The position numbers and the translations under genes are program-made. From positions 30,628,001 to 30,692,000 of the forward strand of contig NC_058380.1 in assembly GCF_018350175.1 (NCBI RefSeq): a stretch of DNA of 64,000 bases, read 5' to 3'. Positions 63,501 to 64,000 of this stretch are shown piece by piece (position 1 is the first letter of the stretch; each line of letters opens with the position of its first letter). The notes under the pieces were generated by a model. That model was not told the origin of the DNA. It did no database searches and saw only the letters and a list, made by a program, of their open reading frames with translations. This DNA is from Felis catus (lineage: Eukaryota).

Positions 63501-64000
63501 AAAAGTCTAGATATAAGAAGAAAGCTGTAAAAGTTTTAGAATATAGAAAAATAACTCATAACAGTGAAGGGATGGGTTTTTTTTTTAAACAAAACATAAA
63601 AGGTACTAACTATGAAGCAAAAGATTGAGAAATTTGGTCACATGAAGATTTAATGCTTCTGTTCAATATGAGACTCCATAAGCAAAATTTTAGAAGATAA
63701 TTCACACACTAGAAGATAGTTACAATGCATACAAGCAAAAGAGGATTAGTATCAGAACTTATAAACAACTATAAATCACAAAGAAAAAAGCTAACATCCC
63801 AATAAATAAATGGGCAGAAGATGGGAGTAAGAAATTCACAAAAGAAGAAACCTAATTGTTCTTGCTCCTCTTTTTAAAAAGGACCTATAAGATGAGTATG
63901 GTTTTAGTCTGTGCTATGCCTTGTGATGAACTGAGTTTACTCATCAGAATAAACTATGGCAACAACTAACCCTGAAATCGTAGTGATTTAGTTCTCTACA

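Larger units (their letters stand above)
61200..63870 (+). mobile_element. Degenerate L1 ORF2/3' fragments interrupted by SINEs
   Basis: A-rich sequence with L1-like motifs (ggagaacttctttaacctgataaag, gacaagctgattctaaaatt, aaatgggcagaagat). No intact ORF. Confidence 0.6.

Overview
Mammalian genomic DNA, most likely a felid, judging by about 27 Feliformia-type Can-SINEs (SINEC_Fc-like). It is a draft assembly with four N gaps. Almost the whole window is the minus-strand dual-specificity phosphatase gene CDC14B. I can place an alternative CpG-island first exon (MSREGAGTPLVAEVIK, 57006-57054) and 12 downstream coding exons (canonical exons 3-14). All have GT-AG boundaries, consistent phases and an intact HCKAGLGRT catalytic motif, followed by a ~3.7 kb 3'UTR. 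Canonical exon 2 is not visible and is inferred to lie in the N gap at 55515-55670. The canonical NLS-bearing exon 1 is not in the window. Introns contain SINEs, MaLR/ERVL LTRs, MER5/MER20 DNA transposons, L1 remnants and a 3'-truncated U4 snRNA retropseudogene. I see no evidence for a wholly new biological system. The best leads are two unannotated-looking cassette exons that would change the C-terminus (20473-20509 and 116-179), gaps that may hide exons, an LTR element with mismatched LTRs, inverted SINE pairs around exon blocks, and several small retroposition or duplication scars. Nearly all ORFs in the supplied track are spurious. Repeat family names and homolog sequences come from recall, not from database searches.
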